The notes under the pieces are model-generated. The model searched no databases, was not told the DNA's origin, and worked only from the letters and a program-made list of their open reading frames with translations. Below, piece by piece: positions 9,417 through 18,309 of a stretch of DNA of 23,067 nt (position 1 is its first letter; each line of letters opens with the position of its first letter). The DNA comes from Nitrososphaeraceae archaeon (GTDB lineage Archaea; Thermoproteota; Nitrososphaeria; Nitrososphaerales; Nitrososphaeraceae). The DNA lies in NCBI GenBank assembly GCA_035297365.1, contig DATGZA010000082.1:1-23067 (forward strand), read 5' to 3'. Made by a program: the position numbers and the translations under genes.

Positions 9417-10253
9417 ATGAAATTAGCTTTTAGTACTAATGCTTTTAAAAAATATTCACTTGATTTTGCAATAAAAGAAATATCAAAGATAGGATACGAA
9501 GGAGTGGAAATATTGTGTGATAGCCCTCATGCGTATCCCCCAGACTTTGCAGATAATAAAATAAATGAAACGCGTAAATTGATTTCCGATCTTGGTTTAG
9601 GAATTTCTAACCTGAATGCATTTACCCTGTACTCCATCGGCGATGTTTATCATCCCTCCTGGATCGAATCCAGTAATGAGTTAAGAAAGTCAAGGATCAG
9701 TCACACCATAAATTGCATAAATCTAGCGAAGAAATTAGGTGCAAAAAATTTGTCTACTGAGCCTGGAGGACCATTCAATTATCAAAAACCAAATGAAGAT
9801 AGAAATAAACTTTTAAAGATATTTGTAAAGGGCTTGCTCGATGTATCAAAATTTGCGGAAAAAAAAGATATAAAGATTTTAGTAGAACCAGAACCATCGT
9901 TACTGATTGAGAATTCCACCCAATTTTTAGAATTAATGCGATTGGTAGATTCAGATTATATTAGACTGAATTTTGATATAGGTCATTTTTATTGTGTAAA
10001 AGAAGATCCTGTTGCAATTATTAATAAGCTCATAGATTATACAGAACATTTTCATTTTGCAGATATAGCAAGTAATAGGGTGCATTACCATTTGAAACTT
10101 GGCGATGGTTCTATAGATTTTGTTAAAGTTGTTGAGGCCATAGAAAAAACAGGATATAAAGCTTTTGTTACCGTGGAATTATATCCATATCAAGATAACC
10201 CAGTTGAAGTTGCAAAAACTTCGTATGAATATTTGACAACAATTATTCCCTAA
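9417..10253 (+). CDS. Sugar-phosphate isomerase/epimerase (xylose isomerase-like TIM barrel)
   Basis: AFSTNAF, GYEGVEI, VEPEP, NFDIGH, HFHFADI, HYHL..GDG.IDF, VELY metal ligands; 48 bp downstream of the TatD gene. Confidence 0.88.
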   Translation: MKLAFSTNAFKKYSLDFAIKEISKIGYEGVEILCDSPHAYPPDFADNKINETRKLISDLGLGISNLNAFTLYSIGDVYHPSWIESSNELRKSRISHTINCINLAKKLGAKNLSTEPGGPFNYQKPNEDRNKLLKIFVKGLLDVSKFAEKKDIKILVEPEPSLLIENSTQFLELMRLVDSDYIRLNFDIGHFYCVKEDPVAIINKLIDYTEHFHFADIASNRVHYHLKLGDGSIDFVKVVEAIEKTGYKAFVTVELYPYQDNPVEVAKTSYEYLTTIIP

Positions 10254-10555
10254 TTCTTCCAAGAAAGTATCATAGTTTTACTAAATGATTTCAAAAAATA
10301 AATTACTTTATTTACATTAAATCTTTCTTTTGATTCTAACAGTATATTGATTGATTTATTGATTTTTATAATTTCCCGGAATTAAAAGTAAGTGAGAAGC
10401 AAGAATGTCGTTAAAAATCAGGATGGCGAAAAATCAATAGTTTCTTTTTTTAGTAGTAACTAAAAATTAAAATCGTCCACATGACAATATCATTGCATCA
10501 TTACAGAATATGACGATTATTTGATTATAATTCAAGTATTTATGGTCAGTAAATC

Positions 10556-10578
10556 TTATATGGTACGGTCATGTACGG
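10556..10578 (+). promoter_or_regulatory. TATA box (TTATAT) followed by GTACGG direct repeat x2
   Basis: TTATAT 10556-10561 lies ~27-32 nt before ATG 10588; GTACGG at 10563 and 10573. Confidence 0.5.
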
Positions 10579-10587
10579 AATTTTAAT

Positions 10588-10983
10588 ATGCCAAAGCCTG
10601 GTTTCAAATCGATTACTGTGAGCGAATATGTTTACAACAAATTCTTCAAGGTATATGAAAAAAGAAAGAATGATTTAGAATTAAAAGGAATAACAAGCTT
10701 TTCGGGATATCTTACAAGCATGATGGAAGAAACTATGATAAAACATGAGGCTTTTGCAAAACAGGCTCCATTCATGGAAAAAATTTCTATTGATATTGAT
10801 CGTGTATTACTTAAAGACAATAAAAAAAATAGGATAGTAGAAGTGATCTTGAAAAATGGTGAATTGAGATGCTTAGTAGACGAAAAGACCGATTGTATTC
10901 ACATTGGTTTTGTTTATTCTTTACCTGAGATATATATGATAATGAATAACAAGGGAATAAGAATCCCTAAACCTTTACGCTAG
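10588..10983 (+). CDS. Conserved thaumarchaeal protein with RHH/antitoxin-like N-terminus and C-x7-C-x-H motif
   Basis: MPKPGFKSITVSEYVY (beta-strand then helix, like archaeal VapB/RHH N-termini); LRCLVDEKTDCIH. Confidence 0.7.
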   Translation: MPKPGFKSITVSEYVYNKFFKVYEKRKNDLELKGITSFSGYLTSMMEETMIKHEAFAKQAPFMEKISIDIDRVLLKDNKKNRIVEVILKNGELRCLVDEKTDCIHIGFVYSLPEIYMIMNNKGIRIPKPLR

Positions 10984-11063
10984 TTAACCTCAAGATATTG
11001 AAATCTGATCAAAATATTTAAATCGATTTAAATAATATGAATTTATTTTAATAAATATCCTAA

Positions 11064-11714
11064 TTGGATGATGTTACATTTTCTATTCCAATAGTACTTC
11101 AAATTCTTGACCTGTTTGGCATAATGGCTTTTGCAGTAACAGGAGCTTTGAAAGCAATTGAATACAAAATGGATATTGTTGGGGTAATAATGTTAGCAAG
11201 TAGTACAGGATTAGCTGGTGGGTTAATTAGAGACGTAATTTTAAACAGGATTCCCCCAAAGGTCTTGGTAGATCCATTTTATTTGCTAGTTGCCGTCTCA
11301 ACAGGTTTGATCGTATTTTTTTTGTATCGCTTTTTTAAGGAAAATTTTAATTTATTCTTGAAATTTGATGCTATCGGTTTAGGTGTATTCAGTATAATAG
11401 GCGCCAGTGTTGCCTACGAAATAACTGGTCTGAATTTCATTGCTATGGCATTTTCTGGAATCTTTACCGCCATTGGCGGAGGAATTTTTAGAGATATGAT
11501 TGTCAAGGAAATTCCATTGGTATTCTTAAAAGAATTATATGCATCTGCAAGTTTTTTGGGTATTACCATCTTTTATATTATGTTACTTTTCGAAATAAAT
11601 TATTATTTTTCTATGATGATTTGTATAGTTATTATTACAGTATTTAGATTACTTTCTATGAAATTCAATTGGAATCTACCTAGATTACATACTGATGAAA
11701 AAAATGTGGATTAA
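11064..11714 (+). CDS. Trimeric intracellular cation channel / UPF0126 (YadS-like) membrane protein
   Basis: Internal repeat: G.MAFAVTGA...GGLIRD and DAIGLGVF...GGGIFRD; P.VF.KELYA. Confidence 0.92.
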   Translation: MDDVTFSIPIVLQILDLFGIMAFAVTGALKAIEYKMDIVGVIMLASSTGLAGGLIRDVILNRIPPKVLVDPFYLLVAVSTGLIVFFLYRFFKENFNLFLKFDAIGLGVFSIIGASVAYEITGLNFIAMAFSGIFTAIGGGIFRDMIVKEIPLVFLKELYASASFLGITIFYIMLLFEINYYFSMMICIVIITVFRLLSMKFNWNLPRLHTDEKNVD

Positions 11715-11868
11715 TGTTAACCTTAATCTGGTACTACTATAAAACCTACAGATACTTTAGTTCATTTGATTAAAGATAGAAAAAGGACAAATGATAGCAA
11801 AAAAAATAAACCATTTTAATATCAAACAGAAAATAGAGGTGATGTCATTTTTCTACATGGATATGTAC

Positions 11869-12528
11869 CTAGTTATCTACACATTTAGTTTTAAATACAA
11901 AAGATTGCGTGAGTCCAACTAATAGAAACGAGAATCCAGTTCCGAGCAATATTCCTCCGACCACATCTAATGGATAATGAACCCCAACATAGATTCTTGA
12001 AAAACATACCAATGCAGCTTCAAAAGCAAGTCCCACAAAGAGAATAGTTCTTTTCACATTTCCACGAAACATGATAGACACAGTAGCTAATCCAGCTGAA
12101 ACAATTGTTGCATGCCCTGATGGAAAAGAGAATGTATCTGCTGAAACCGGGAAAATCTCAACTTCTGATATGTTCGGTCTCGGTCTGTCTATTACATCCT
12201 TAATTACAGATACCAAAGGCATCAGCAATATCATGGATATTGCAGCAATTACTGCGGTCTTTTTTCCTATTTTACCACCAAAAATAAATAACATAATTAG
12301 TACTATTGGCCAAAAAATTTCTCTCCCATACAATGTAATCATGAGCATAATGTTATCTACAAAATTGGGTAAGAAAAGAGAGAGTTGATTTAACTGCAGA
12401 AAATAAAAATTATCAGTTTTTAATAAACCTGTAAAAATTGTATCTCTTTCATTATATATAATAATAGAAAGAAAAACGAAAGAGAGCAAGCATACAAACG
12501 AAGCTAAAAATATTTTATCCACAATCAA
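11869..12528 (-). CDS. PAP2-family membrane phosphatase
   Basis: K-x6-RP (KDVIDRPRP), SFPSGH, SRIYVGVHYPLDV. Confidence 0.93.
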   Translation of the reverse strand: MIVDKIFLASFVCLLSFVFLSIIIYNERDTIFTGLLKTDNFYFLQLNQLSLFLPNFVDNIMLMITLYGREIFWPIVLIMLFIFGGKIGKKTAVIAAISMILLMPLVSVIKDVIDRPRPNISEVEIFPVSADTFSFPSGHATIVSAGLATVSIMFRGNVKRTILFVGLAFEAALVCFSRIYVGVHYPLDVVGGILLGTGFSFLLVGLTQSFVFKTKCVDN

Positions 12529-12655
12529 TTATTACAATATTTAACAATTAGATATACATCATATTAATTTTCTACTTTAATCATAGATTTATGAGTCCAA
12601 GGTAGAATAAGGCACTCTACCCTTATATTCGAACTATATAAATTTCCTTTTGACA

Positions 12656-14260
12656 TCAACCGTCTCGAAGTAATTTGTTTACAAGGTCAGCGATCTTTTT
12701 TTCTAAAATGTTATAATGAGAATCAGTTATTTTGCCTTGTTTAAATAAATGATTTATTTCTTCTCTTATCTCTTCTAATTGTTTGACGCCTTCAACTCTA
12801 TCTTGTTTCAATGCATCGTAGGTAAAATCTATTCTATTCATAACTTTGTTTAGATTCCTTCTTTCCCTTCTTCTATAGTAAAATCCAGCAAAAATAGAGG
12901 TCGAACCTAATATTCCTGCCACCATTCCTATATATGTCTCTGTTGATATAGAATCCTTGAAATTAGCAGTTAACTGATTATTTTCAGTGACATTAAATGT
13001 AACTGGATTTTTGTTAGTTGATAACATATCAGACCAAAAGTCAAATGACTTTTCTCTAGATGAATGAGCTACACATGTTATCTCAGTATTATGTGGATAC
13101 AAAATAGAATGAATTGATGGAAATCTGTAATTATTACATTCAACTGTTCCTGAATTTTCTGGATTAACATTTACAGATAAACGCACTACAATTTGATCTA
13201 GCTTGCTATCGATTACTGAAATTCCATTGAAAGATGTATTGGATACATATATCAAGTTTGTATCTGGGTTTACAGCTAATCTACTAGCTACTAATGGAAA
13301 TGCGACCTCAATAGGCAAATCAAGCGAGGGGTCAATACTTTCATAGCTTTCTGCTATTTTAGTTCCCAGGGAGATATCTTTTATTTTTTCACTAGTCGTT
13401 GCATTAATAACAGAAACCGTATTGTCTCCAAGATTGGAAACATATATTTTGTTTGATAAGGAATCTGCTGCAATATCTACTGGAGATTTACCAACTTTGA
13501 CTGTAGATTTTATTTTATTTGTATTAGCGTCAATTATTGACATTGTATTTGAAACATAATTTGCTGCATACAGTATGTTTGTTTTTAAATCTATATACAA
13601 ACCGGTAGGTACAATTCCAACTGTGATATTATCTAAAACTTGATTTGTTTTTCCGTCTATTACAGATATAGTAGAATTATCAATATTAGAAATATATATT
13701 TTGTTTGTTAGAGGATTTAATGTTATACCATAAGGAATATGATTCAACTTTATTGTTTTTATTACTTCGTTATTTATCCCATCTATAATAGACACGGATT
13801 TAGAATCAAGGTTTGTCACATAAATTATGTTTTTGGATGGATTTACAGATATTCCTACGGGAGATGATCCAACTTCAACATCGGAAAGCTTTTGATTAGT
13901 AGAACCATCTATGACAGATACTGTACCTGATCCTCGATTGGTTACATATACTCTATTATTAAAAGGATTGGTATCAAGATCATATGGAAAATTATCTACC
14001 AGAATCGTATTTTCAATATTATCTGTTTTACTATCTATTACTGAAATAGTATTAGAGAATTGATTGGCAACATAAATCATACCTGTTAATGGATTTATAT
14101 CAATACCTACAGGATAGCTACCAACTATTAACATAGATTTTCCAATACTGCCTGTCAATTCTTTATCTGTCTGTGCAAAAATAAAAGAGAATGAAAGAAG
14201 GAAAATAACAAGAGACCAAAAGAAAATGATAAATGAAAATGATAAAAATTTAAAACTCAT
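12656..14260 (-). CDS. YVTN/YncE beta-propeller surface protein with C-terminal TM anchor and cytoplasmic tail
   Basis: About 7 repeats of VG..P.GI..NP.T..IYV.N..S.T.SVID; signal peptide; B-repeat-like segment (FDFWS...NP......LTANF); TM helix followed by RRRERR. Confidence 0.9.
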   Translation of the reverse strand: MSFKFLSFSFIIFFWSLVIFLLSFSFIFAQTDKELTGSIGKSMLIVGSYPVGIDINPLTGMIYVANQFSNTISVIDSKTDNIENTILVDNFPYDLDTNPFNNRVYVTNRGSGTVSVIDGSTNQKLSDVEVGSSPVGISVNPSKNIIYVTNLDSKSVSIIDGINNEVIKTIKLNHIPYGITLNPLTNKIYISNIDNSTISVIDGKTNQVLDNITVGIVPTGLYIDLKTNILYAANYVSNTMSIIDANTNKIKSTVKVGKSPVDIAADSLSNKIYVSNLGDNTVSVINATTSEKIKDISLGTKIAESYESIDPSLDLPIEVAFPLVASRLAVNPDTNLIYVSNTSFNGISVIDSKLDQIVVRLSVNVNPENSGTVECNNYRFPSIHSILYPHNTEITCVAHSSREKSFDFWSDMLSTNKNPVTFNVTENNQLTANFKDSISTETYIGMVAGILGSTSIFAGFYYRRRERRNLNKVMNRIDFTYDALKQDRVEGVKQLEEIREEINHLFKQGKITDSHYNILEKKIADLVNKLLRDG

Positions 14261-14442
14261 GATAATCCAGATCCAGTAATATTAAATCAATTTAGGGGGT
14301 ATAAAAATAATAGTTTATTTGCGATGCTAATCATCTAGTATATTTTACAAAAAATCATTATATAAGATTGTAATCTAAAAAATATTGTAACAACTTATAT
14401 AAAATGAATATCTATGAATATTATATCTAAGAGGTATAGAGA

Positions 14443-14709
14443 ATGAAAAGGAAAAATCTTCTGTTTGTATCAATAATTTCCCTATCCATATTAGTATTAG
14501 GAACAATTAATATTTCTGAATCTTACTCGGATGTAAGGCTTATTTCTACAGATAATGAAGGGGAGGGAGAAGATGATCAGGACATTTTCAGTTCCCTTAG
14601 TAGAATGTTAGGTGAAAAAGATAGCAGCGGAGATTCTGGAAAAGATTCCAGTTCAAAAGAGAAAGATAGCAGCGGAGATTCTGGAAATGAAGGTAAAGGA
14701 ACAGAGTAA
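14443..14709 (+). CDS. Small exported low-complexity protein
   Basis: Signal peptide, then an acidic/Ser-rich tail with duplicated EKDSSGDSG. Confidence 0.6.
   Translation: MKRKNLLFVSIISLSILVLGTINISESYSDVRLISTDNEGEGEDDQDIFSSLSRMLGEKDSSGDSGKDSSSKEKDSSGDSGNEGKGTE
14617..14687. repeat. 26-bp direct repeat (AAAGATAGCAGCGGAGATTCTGGAAA), 45-bp period, in frame
   Basis: Copies at 14617-14642 and 14662-14687. Confidence 0.9.
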
Positions 14710-14821
14710 ATCTATTATCGATTCTAAAAATTGAAAGATATTTAAAATTTTTAAAAAACAATAAATCCTTTTTAATTATGAAATAAAGAATTTATCTGGA
14801 TCATTAGATAATAATTAATGT

Positions 14822-15835
14822 ATGGACAAAAGCAAAAACAAAAGCAAAAACAAAAGCAAAATCAATCTGAGCAAGAATAATACTTTAAGATATGTATTAA
14901 TTTCCTCTATTACTGTTGTTATTTATCTAATTTCTCTATCTACCTCCAATTCGTACGCAGAAGATATTGTCTCAATATCCGAGAGAAACATTTTCAAGGA
15001 TTCAAATGATAAATTGAATTTAGTAGGAACTTTAACAAATATTGGCAAAACTCCATTAGAGGTAATTATAGGTGTAGATGTAAAGAAGCCTTTCCAAAAT
15101 GAGCCAGATGTACTGAATAGCAAAACGTTTGCTAGTGTGCTCTATCCACATAGAGAAGTTCCTTTTAAATTCACTATAAAAAATGGAGAGTCGTTTGAAG
15201 GATCCGTTTTTGTTGTAGAAACAAAAGAAGTGAATAAACCATTATTTGCCACTCTAAAACATCAATATTCAAACATTGCTATGGGAGAGGAAAAAGCCTT
15301 GATAGGAACCATAAAAAATATCGGGTCATCCATTATCAATGATGTTGCGGTATATGCATCTGTTCATTCCAAAGATGGTACACAATTAGATTCTGTAAAA
15401 AGTGCAGTAATTCCTATTCTGTATCCAGGAGAAGAAAAACCTTATAAAATTATTCCTGAACCTACTACAAGATCTTTAGCTTACTACTATAGCTGTGCTG
15501 GTCTTGATATAAACAGTCCTATAACTACTTTAGACATAGGAGGAGGAGAATTCCTTGCCTTTGATTTTGAAAGCGCATCTCTTGTGAGCAATTTTAACTA
15601 TGATAAATCCTCTGACAGTATTAAGTTTACAATCAAACCATATAACCCAGAAGGTGGAGATCTAATATTCAAAATTCCACAAAGTAACACCAATCAGAAG
15701 ATAAATATCAGTATTGATGGAAAGCTGCATAAAGAAGCAACGATTACAACCGATGGCAAAACGATTACAATGAAAGTATCAATACCAGCCGATGAGCATA
15801 ATGTCATTATTTCAGGAGCTAGAAATGGAGTATAA
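14822..15835 (+). CDS. Exported FxLYD-like Ig-domain protein
   Basis: N-terminal TM; two Ig-like repeats G...N.G......V......LYP.E..P(F/Y); ASVHSKDGTQLD; C-terminal beta domain. Confidence 0.75.
   Translation: MDKSKNKSKNKSKINLSKNNTLRYVLISSITVVIYLISLSTSNSYAEDIVSISERNIFKDSNDKLNLVGTLTNIGKTPLEVIIGVDVKKPFQNEPDVLNSKTFASVLYPHREVPFKFTIKNGESFEGSVFVVETKEVNKPLFATLKHQYSNIAMGEEKALIGTIKNIGSSIINDVAVYASVHSKDGTQLDSVKSAVIPILYPGEEKPYKIIPEPTTRSLAYYYSCAGLDINSPITTLDIGGGEFLAFDFESASLVSNFNYDKSSDSIKFTIKPYNPEGGDLIFKIPQSNTNQKINISIDGKLHKEATITTDGKTITMKVSIPADEHNVIISGARNGV
14826..14861. repeat. 12-bp tandem repeat ACAAAAGCAAAA x3 (KSKN)
   Basis: Three perfect copies just after the ATG. Confidence 0.9.
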
Positions 15836-16097
15836 CAACATATCATCTGTTCCTATGTGAAAAAGAGAATTTATATAAAATAAATTGTGATAAATTAAAC
15901 CAAGCTCATTCAATTTAATTTTCGAATTGATATCTATGTCGTATTACGATTCCAATCCTAGAAACATGTTCAAAAAGAAATAAATAATGTAAATTTCAAA
16001 TAAAAGTAAGATATAAAGAAACAACAACAAGAAACATAATTATTGTTATGTACAATATTTCTATTACATTATTACATATTTTTTGCAAATAACCTTC

Positions 16098-16123
16098 TTA
16101 TATCCGATTCACGTATTAGAATC
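16098..16123 (+). promoter_or_regulatory. Putative TATA box (TTATAT) plus GATTC-N8-GAATC palindrome upstream of the candidate ncRNA
   Basis: TTATAT 16098-16103, ~22-27 nt before the first stem; inverted repeat 16106-16110 / 16119-16123. Confidence 0.45.
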
Positions 16124-16124
16124 A

Positions 16125-16262
16125 TACAGTCAGAAACGAAAGTGGAAGAAACTACGAATTTGACTGTAAATCACACTGGTAAGTACTGACTTGTGCAAAA
16201 GCCTTACCGGAAAAAAACTGATGGGTCGCAATGGGCCAAGAACTATCTGGCCCATTGCATAA
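16125..16262 (+). ncRNA. Candidate structured non-coding RNA (three stems plus possible pseudoknot), family not recognised
   Basis: About 42% GC in a very AT-rich spacer. Stems: 16125-34/16159-68, 16176-83/16203-10, 16228-38/16248-58. Loop 16188-94 is complementary to 16221-27. G-U pairs favour the + strand. Confidence 0.6.
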
Positions 16263-16323
16263 TCTTTGTTGTAGTCAGAAGTTATTATTAGAATATAATA
16301 TTTTAACAGTATAAAAGATAAAA

Positions 16324-16611
16324 ATGACCAACGAGATAGTTGATCAAATGTCATTTAATCTGGTAAAAGCTATCAACAATACCCACAGAAATCCAATAAA
16401 TATAATTTTGCATGCAGTAGGATTAGTCCTATATTGTATTGCACTATATTTGATAGCCGATGATTTAGTTGGAGAAGGACAAGAAATGGTTCTTGGTATA
16501 TTTTCTTTTATCACTGCAATAGGACTATTTTTGATTGGTCACAAGATCGAAGGAAATATTAGGGCAATTACGATAATTATTTTACTAAAATACATCAAAA
16601 GTAAAATATAG
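16324..16611 (+). CDS. DUF962/Mpo1-like small membrane protein
   Basis: HRNPINIILHAVG and IGHKIEGN motifs, two TM helices. Confidence 0.75.
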   Translation: MTNEIVDQMSFNLVKAINNTHRNPINIILHAVGLVLYCIALYLIADDLVGEGQEMVLGIFSFITAIGLFLIGHKIEGNIRAITIIILLKYIKSKI

Positions 16612-16768
16612 CTTACTAAAAATAATAAAACAAGTTTATCATATTTACTATAAAGATCATATTTGTTTAGTTTAAATATATTTTCTATGATAAACTATAG
16701 TACTTTAAATATTAACAATAAAATAATTCCAAAAAAGTTATAGTTTAGATATTACATAATAATATTAG

Positions 16769-17005
16769 GTGAAACACATGAACACCTCCAAGATAATAAA
16801 AAAAGGTCAAAATAGCTTATTTTTCAGACATGAATATCTTAGGGATAGTCTTTCACAAAAATACAGAGAATGTGAATCGTGTAAAACCAGAACACAATTT
16901 ACATGTTTAGTATGTGGATTTTGTTGGAGTTGTCATTGGAAAATTGAACAGCTTTCAAAAATTCCAGAACACTTTTTAAAAGATTCAGTAAGTTTTAATA
17001 AATAA
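16769..17005 (+). CDS. Small Cys-rich zinc-finger protein
   Basis: CESC-x7-CLVCGFCWSCH; ATG 16778 is an alternative start. Confidence 0.7.
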   Translation: MKHMNTSKIIKKGQNSLFFRHEYLRDSLSQKYRECESCKTRTQFTCLVCGFCWSCHWKIEQLSKIPEHFLKDSVSFNK

Positions 17006-17093
17006 TGGTAAGAAATTTTTCTCGCTTAAAACTACAGTGAATAGCAACAAACAGCATAAAAACTATTATTACCAAACAGTAAAAATATTAAAT

Positions 17094-17447
17094 ATGGATT
17101 TTGATAATTTGTGTAAAAGGATACTAGACATGGACAAAAACATTAGGTTTGCAGGTGTATGCGACGAATCCGGCGAGATAAAATATGGTAGTCAACGAGA
17201 AGGCGTACAAAATATTTTAAGCAGCGAAGAAACCAGGAAATCAAATCTACAAGCCTTGGCAAGATGGGGTCTTAGAAATTCATTAGCACCAAAAATCGGC
17301 AAGGGCAAGTATGCAATGGCAGAATACGAAAAGATAAAGAGAATAACTATCCCGCTACCAGATGAACATCTCCTACTGGTTACAACCGAGGTAAAAGCAG
17401 ACCATGGAAAAATTATTAATAATGTCATAAGTTTATTAAGTGCATAA
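17094..17447 (+). CDS. DUF6659-like (roadblock/profilin-like) thaumarchaeal protein
   Basis: LC..ILDMDKNIRFAGV...G......REG, GK.KYAMAEYEKIKRITIP, LLVTTE; ATG 17094 preferred over GTG 17037. Confidence 0.8.
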   Translation: MDFDNLCKRILDMDKNIRFAGVCDESGEIKYGSQREGVQNILSSEETRKSNLQALARWGLRNSLAPKIGKGKYAMAEYEKIKRITIPLPDEHLLLVTTEVKADHGKIINNVISLLSA

Positions 17448-17453
17448 CAATTC

Positions 17454-17687
17454 ATGGTGGAGGCATTTGTCTTAATTACTTGTGATTACGGACAGGAAGA
17501 AAAAATACTTGAGGAATTAGATAAGATAGAAGAGATACAAGTAATCAACAGATTAGAAGGTCCATATAACATCCTTCTTAAAATAAATTCAGAAACTATC
17601 GATGAAATAAAGGAAATTGTTACAGGACAGATAAAAACAATGGACAAGATAAGACATACTTTAACGTTAAAAATCAAGACAGATTAG
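17454..17687 (+). CDS. Stand-alone Lrp/AsnC ligand-binding (RAM) domain protein
   Basis: AFVLITC..G.E..I...L, GPYNILLKI, I..M.KIRHTLTL; no HTH; 6 bp after the previous stop. Confidence 0.88.
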   Translation: MVEAFVLITCDYGQEEKILEELDKIEEIQVINRLEGPYNILLKINSETIDEIKEIVTGQIKTMDKIRHTLTLKIKTD

Positions 17688-17854
17688 TTTAAGATCAGAT
17701 GTTTATGTAAGACCTTGTTTTATATCATGTAAAGTATTATTAAATCAGGATGAAATTTATATACATGTTCCAGTTTTTCAGTAGTTCGTTGTCAATTTAC
17801 AAGAATTTTTCAATATCAGAATAACATTCCTTAATTATAAAAGCTATTGATAGG

Positions 17855-18241
17855 TTAGGTCAACTTCTCTTTTTTCGCAATCCATTTTCCTGATTTTCTG
17901 TCTAGAATTACATTACCTACTATGTGTCCCTTATTGTATACTTTGGCAATTTCCTTATTGATTCCCATCAAGGACAGAAGAAAAGAATCTTTTTCGTGAT
18001 ATCCAGATTCTATAACCTTCATACTGAGTTTACTGCTAGTTTTTTTAATCAGGTTTCTTGCGAAGGACCAATCTCCTTTCCAAGAAAAAACTTTAAAATT
18101 GCCGAAATTTACTGTTGACAGTGAATATCCTTCAAGTTTAGCTTCAAATTTTTTATCATGTTGTAAGGAATATGAATTCATCCATTTTATGGCCTCTTCT
18201 GCCTTTCTTTCCTCAAGAGCAAAATTATCAGCACTTGCCAA
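17855..18241 (-). CDS. Hypothetical protein
   Basis: 128-aa ORF with ATG start and protein-like composition; no motif recognised. Confidence 0.65.
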   Translation of the reverse strand: MASADNFALEERKAEEAIKWMNSYSLQHDKKFEAKLEGYSLSTVNFGNFKVFSWKGDWSFARNLIKKTSSKLSMKVIESGYHEKDSFLLSLMGINKEIAKVYNKGHIVGNVILDRKSGKWIAKKEKLT

Positions 18242-18309
18242 TTAATCATAAGAAATTATAATCCACATTAAATACTTGACGTTGTTTTATTATATATTAA
18301 AACAGACAT

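Noticed and set aside
10588-11714. Toxin-antitoxin pair
   Set aside because: The downstream gene is a TRIC/UPF0126 membrane protein, not a PIN or RelE toxin
12601-12621. GGTAGA-N9-TCTACC hairpin as a terminator
   Set aside because: Only 6 bp and not distinguishable from chance; archaeal termination relies mainly on U-tracts
16137-16225. Hammerhead ribozyme or C/D box sRNA (CGAAA, CTGA, CTGATGG)
   Set aside because: The core would need CUGANGA and the correct stem order; no RUGAUGA/CUGA terminal box arrangement
16209-16258. -1 frameshift signal (A AAA AAC plus hairpin)
   Set aside because: No substantial ORF enters or leaves the site
16130-16354. 74-aa minus-strand ORF
   Set aside because: No recognisable protein features, overlaps the DUF962 start, and the region is better explained by + strand RNA structure
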